From Negaprion brevirostris (lineage: Eukaryota), in NCBI GenBank assembly GCA_030324005.1, contig JARDVH010000106.1, positions 39,174,521-39,238,520 on the forward strand: a stretch of DNA of 64,000 nt. Direction: 5' to 3'. Every line of letters starts with the position of its first letter. Position 1 is the stretch's first letter. The notes beneath the pieces were generated by a model, which saw only the letters and a program-made list of their open reading frames with translations, searched no databases and was not told the origin of the DNA. Shown here in pieces: positions 62,226 through 64,000 of this stretch. Made by a program: the position numbers and the translations under genes.

Positions 62226-63559
62226 TCTATAATATTTACTGCTTGGCAAGCAGCCAATCATCCTCATGTTTATATTTAGATCATCATAGACAACATGCAG
62301 GTTGATGGAGTTAAGGAGTTAAAGTTCCTATGAATCATGAAGGCATAGTATTGTGTGGAAAAGCAAGTAGGGCCAAACACATGCTTACAATGGCCTGGAC
62401 TTTTGAAAATCTTGCTATCCCTAAAAAGAAACTCTCATTCTGCTTACGGCTGCACAGAGAAAATTATGAAACATTCTGTCCTCGCAAATAGCACATAGGT
62501 CACTTGCTTGATATGTTGGTGGATGTTGGCTGGAGTTCAAATTCTAAGAATCAGCACAACATTGTCATTGTTTTATCAATAAAGTGAGATCCTTTAACAA
62601 TCATTGGTAGTGTGCCTTTGCATATAGAAATGGCTTTGTGGGTGAGGATGGATAAAGCCAATCATGTAATCTGGCCTGCTTCTCATCTCTCCTTTCAGAA
62701 TTTTATTTGTCACACAAATAACAGCCAGAGAGAGGGAATCCCCTTCAAAATGACAATTACAGCACCTATTAATTTGGTAATTTCCTCAGGGCGGTGGAGT
62801 AGAGGGGTGCGGGGGCAGGTGGTGAAGGTTCTCTGTCAACCACCAAAAGCTTTCTCAGCAATTGCTACTGATTTCCCAAAGTTACGGAAGCTGTTCGGGA
62901 GAACCCCAGAATTTCCTGGAATAGCCAATCTTAGCGCCATAATTGACCCTAATGTTTATTGGTATAGGGTTTTGTGTTATTGTGGGAAGCATGTTACTCA
63001 CAATTTCAGACAAGAAGGTTATGGATTGTGTTCTTAATATCTTGGGTAAATAAATGATTAAAGTCGGATATCAATTTTTAATAATAAAGGGAGTTAAAAT
63101 AAACATTGCCTCTATGTAAGCTCCAATAACCCCAACCACAACTGAAATGTCCATGAAATACGAAGGGAGCATGGTTAACTCAACATAAATCAGGGGTTGG
63201 GGCTTAAAACGTCACCAAGCAGCATGCACTGACTGATAGTAGCCTCTGGAGAAGCATCAAGGGTTGTACTTTAAAGATTAAAAAAACTGTATTTAGATTC
63301 AAAGATAAAGCATGACCTAGAATCAATCTTATTACAGTTTGTGTGGGTGCAAACTGCATTTCAAACAGAGCAAAAACAGAAAAAAAATTATTACTTGTAA
63401 GTATAATGACTATCAACACAGCACATTAGCGGGGAGGTGCTGTCAGCACCACGACTGTAATTTTGTTCTGAAATTTGTTGCCTCGCTGCAGTTTACGCAC
63501 TGACTAAAATAAGATCTGGCTTTCCTGGTAAAGCCATAAGCATACTGCATTGAAGCCTC

Positions 63560-63830
63560 AAAGAGCTTAGCCAGTGAGTAACTGAATTGTATAGTCCAGA
63601 AAGGGTTAGATGCTAATCTACTGAATTAGCTAACTCAGCCTGAGCGATAGTAAGCCTGCTACAACTAACCTCAGTACTCATCAGATGGCAAGATGAACAT
63701 TAACTTGGATTCTGCCTCCCAGATATTTGGACATTGGGTGAGGATAGGGTCAAAATTTATTGTGATGTCCCATTTAGCTGAATAGGCTGCTAGTACTGCT
63801 TCAAGGCTCACACAAGAATGATGGATTTTG
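63560..63830 (+). mobile_element. Ancient tRNA-SINE remnant (family uncertain)
   Basis: ctgaattagctaactcagc...ctacaactaacctcagt...ggacattgggtgaggatagg...aggctcacac; related copies on the minus strand near 12.0 kb and 17.7 kb. Confidence 0.5.
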
Positions 63831-64000
63831 AAAAATGATTCTTTATCAGCCTTTGGGTTTTACAATTATTTTGTTAAAATATCCATCCTAAGATAATCAG
63901 CACATAAATTTAAAAGCTACATTATATTTTGCAAACATTTGTACAACTTAGCAGTACTCCAGAAATTTAAACATCAAAAACTGAGTGAGGCTGCAATACT

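Noticed and set aside
62612-63037. 141-aa ORF downstream of BCOR
   Set aside because: No recognisable domain, ATG start or exon context.

Overview
Vertebrate genomic DNA, almost certainly an elasmobranch (shark), judged by HE1-type V-SINEs and the other repeat families. It comes from a gapped draft assembly. The + strand carries most of the BCOR gene (BCL6 corepressor, PRC1.1 subunit): 12 coding exons equivalent to human exons 4-15, from 3959 to the TAA at 50055-50057. They splice in frame through GT-AG junctions to about 1752 aa and are followed by a ~0.75-0.95 kb 3'UTR. The first coding exons (2-3) were not found and probably lie upstream. Introns and the 13 kb downstream are filled with decayed retroelements: V-SINEs with two different tails, other tRNA-SINEs, CR1, CR1-Zenon-like, L2, Rex-Babar and RTE LINEs, a Gmr1-like Gypsy remnant and Penelope-like elements (PLEs). 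Most notable observations: minimal hammerhead-ribozyme motifs at PLE ends inside BCOR introns (one sense to the pre-mRNA); PLE insertions whose direct repeats enclose extra 3' sequence; a strongly diverged BCL6-binding motif; a conserved 102-nt alternative acceptor that removes the AF9-binding motif; and a young CR1 hidden in a gap. Comparisons to human BCOR and to repeat consensuses are from memory, not from alignments I ran. I see no evidence for a wholly new multi-gene system.
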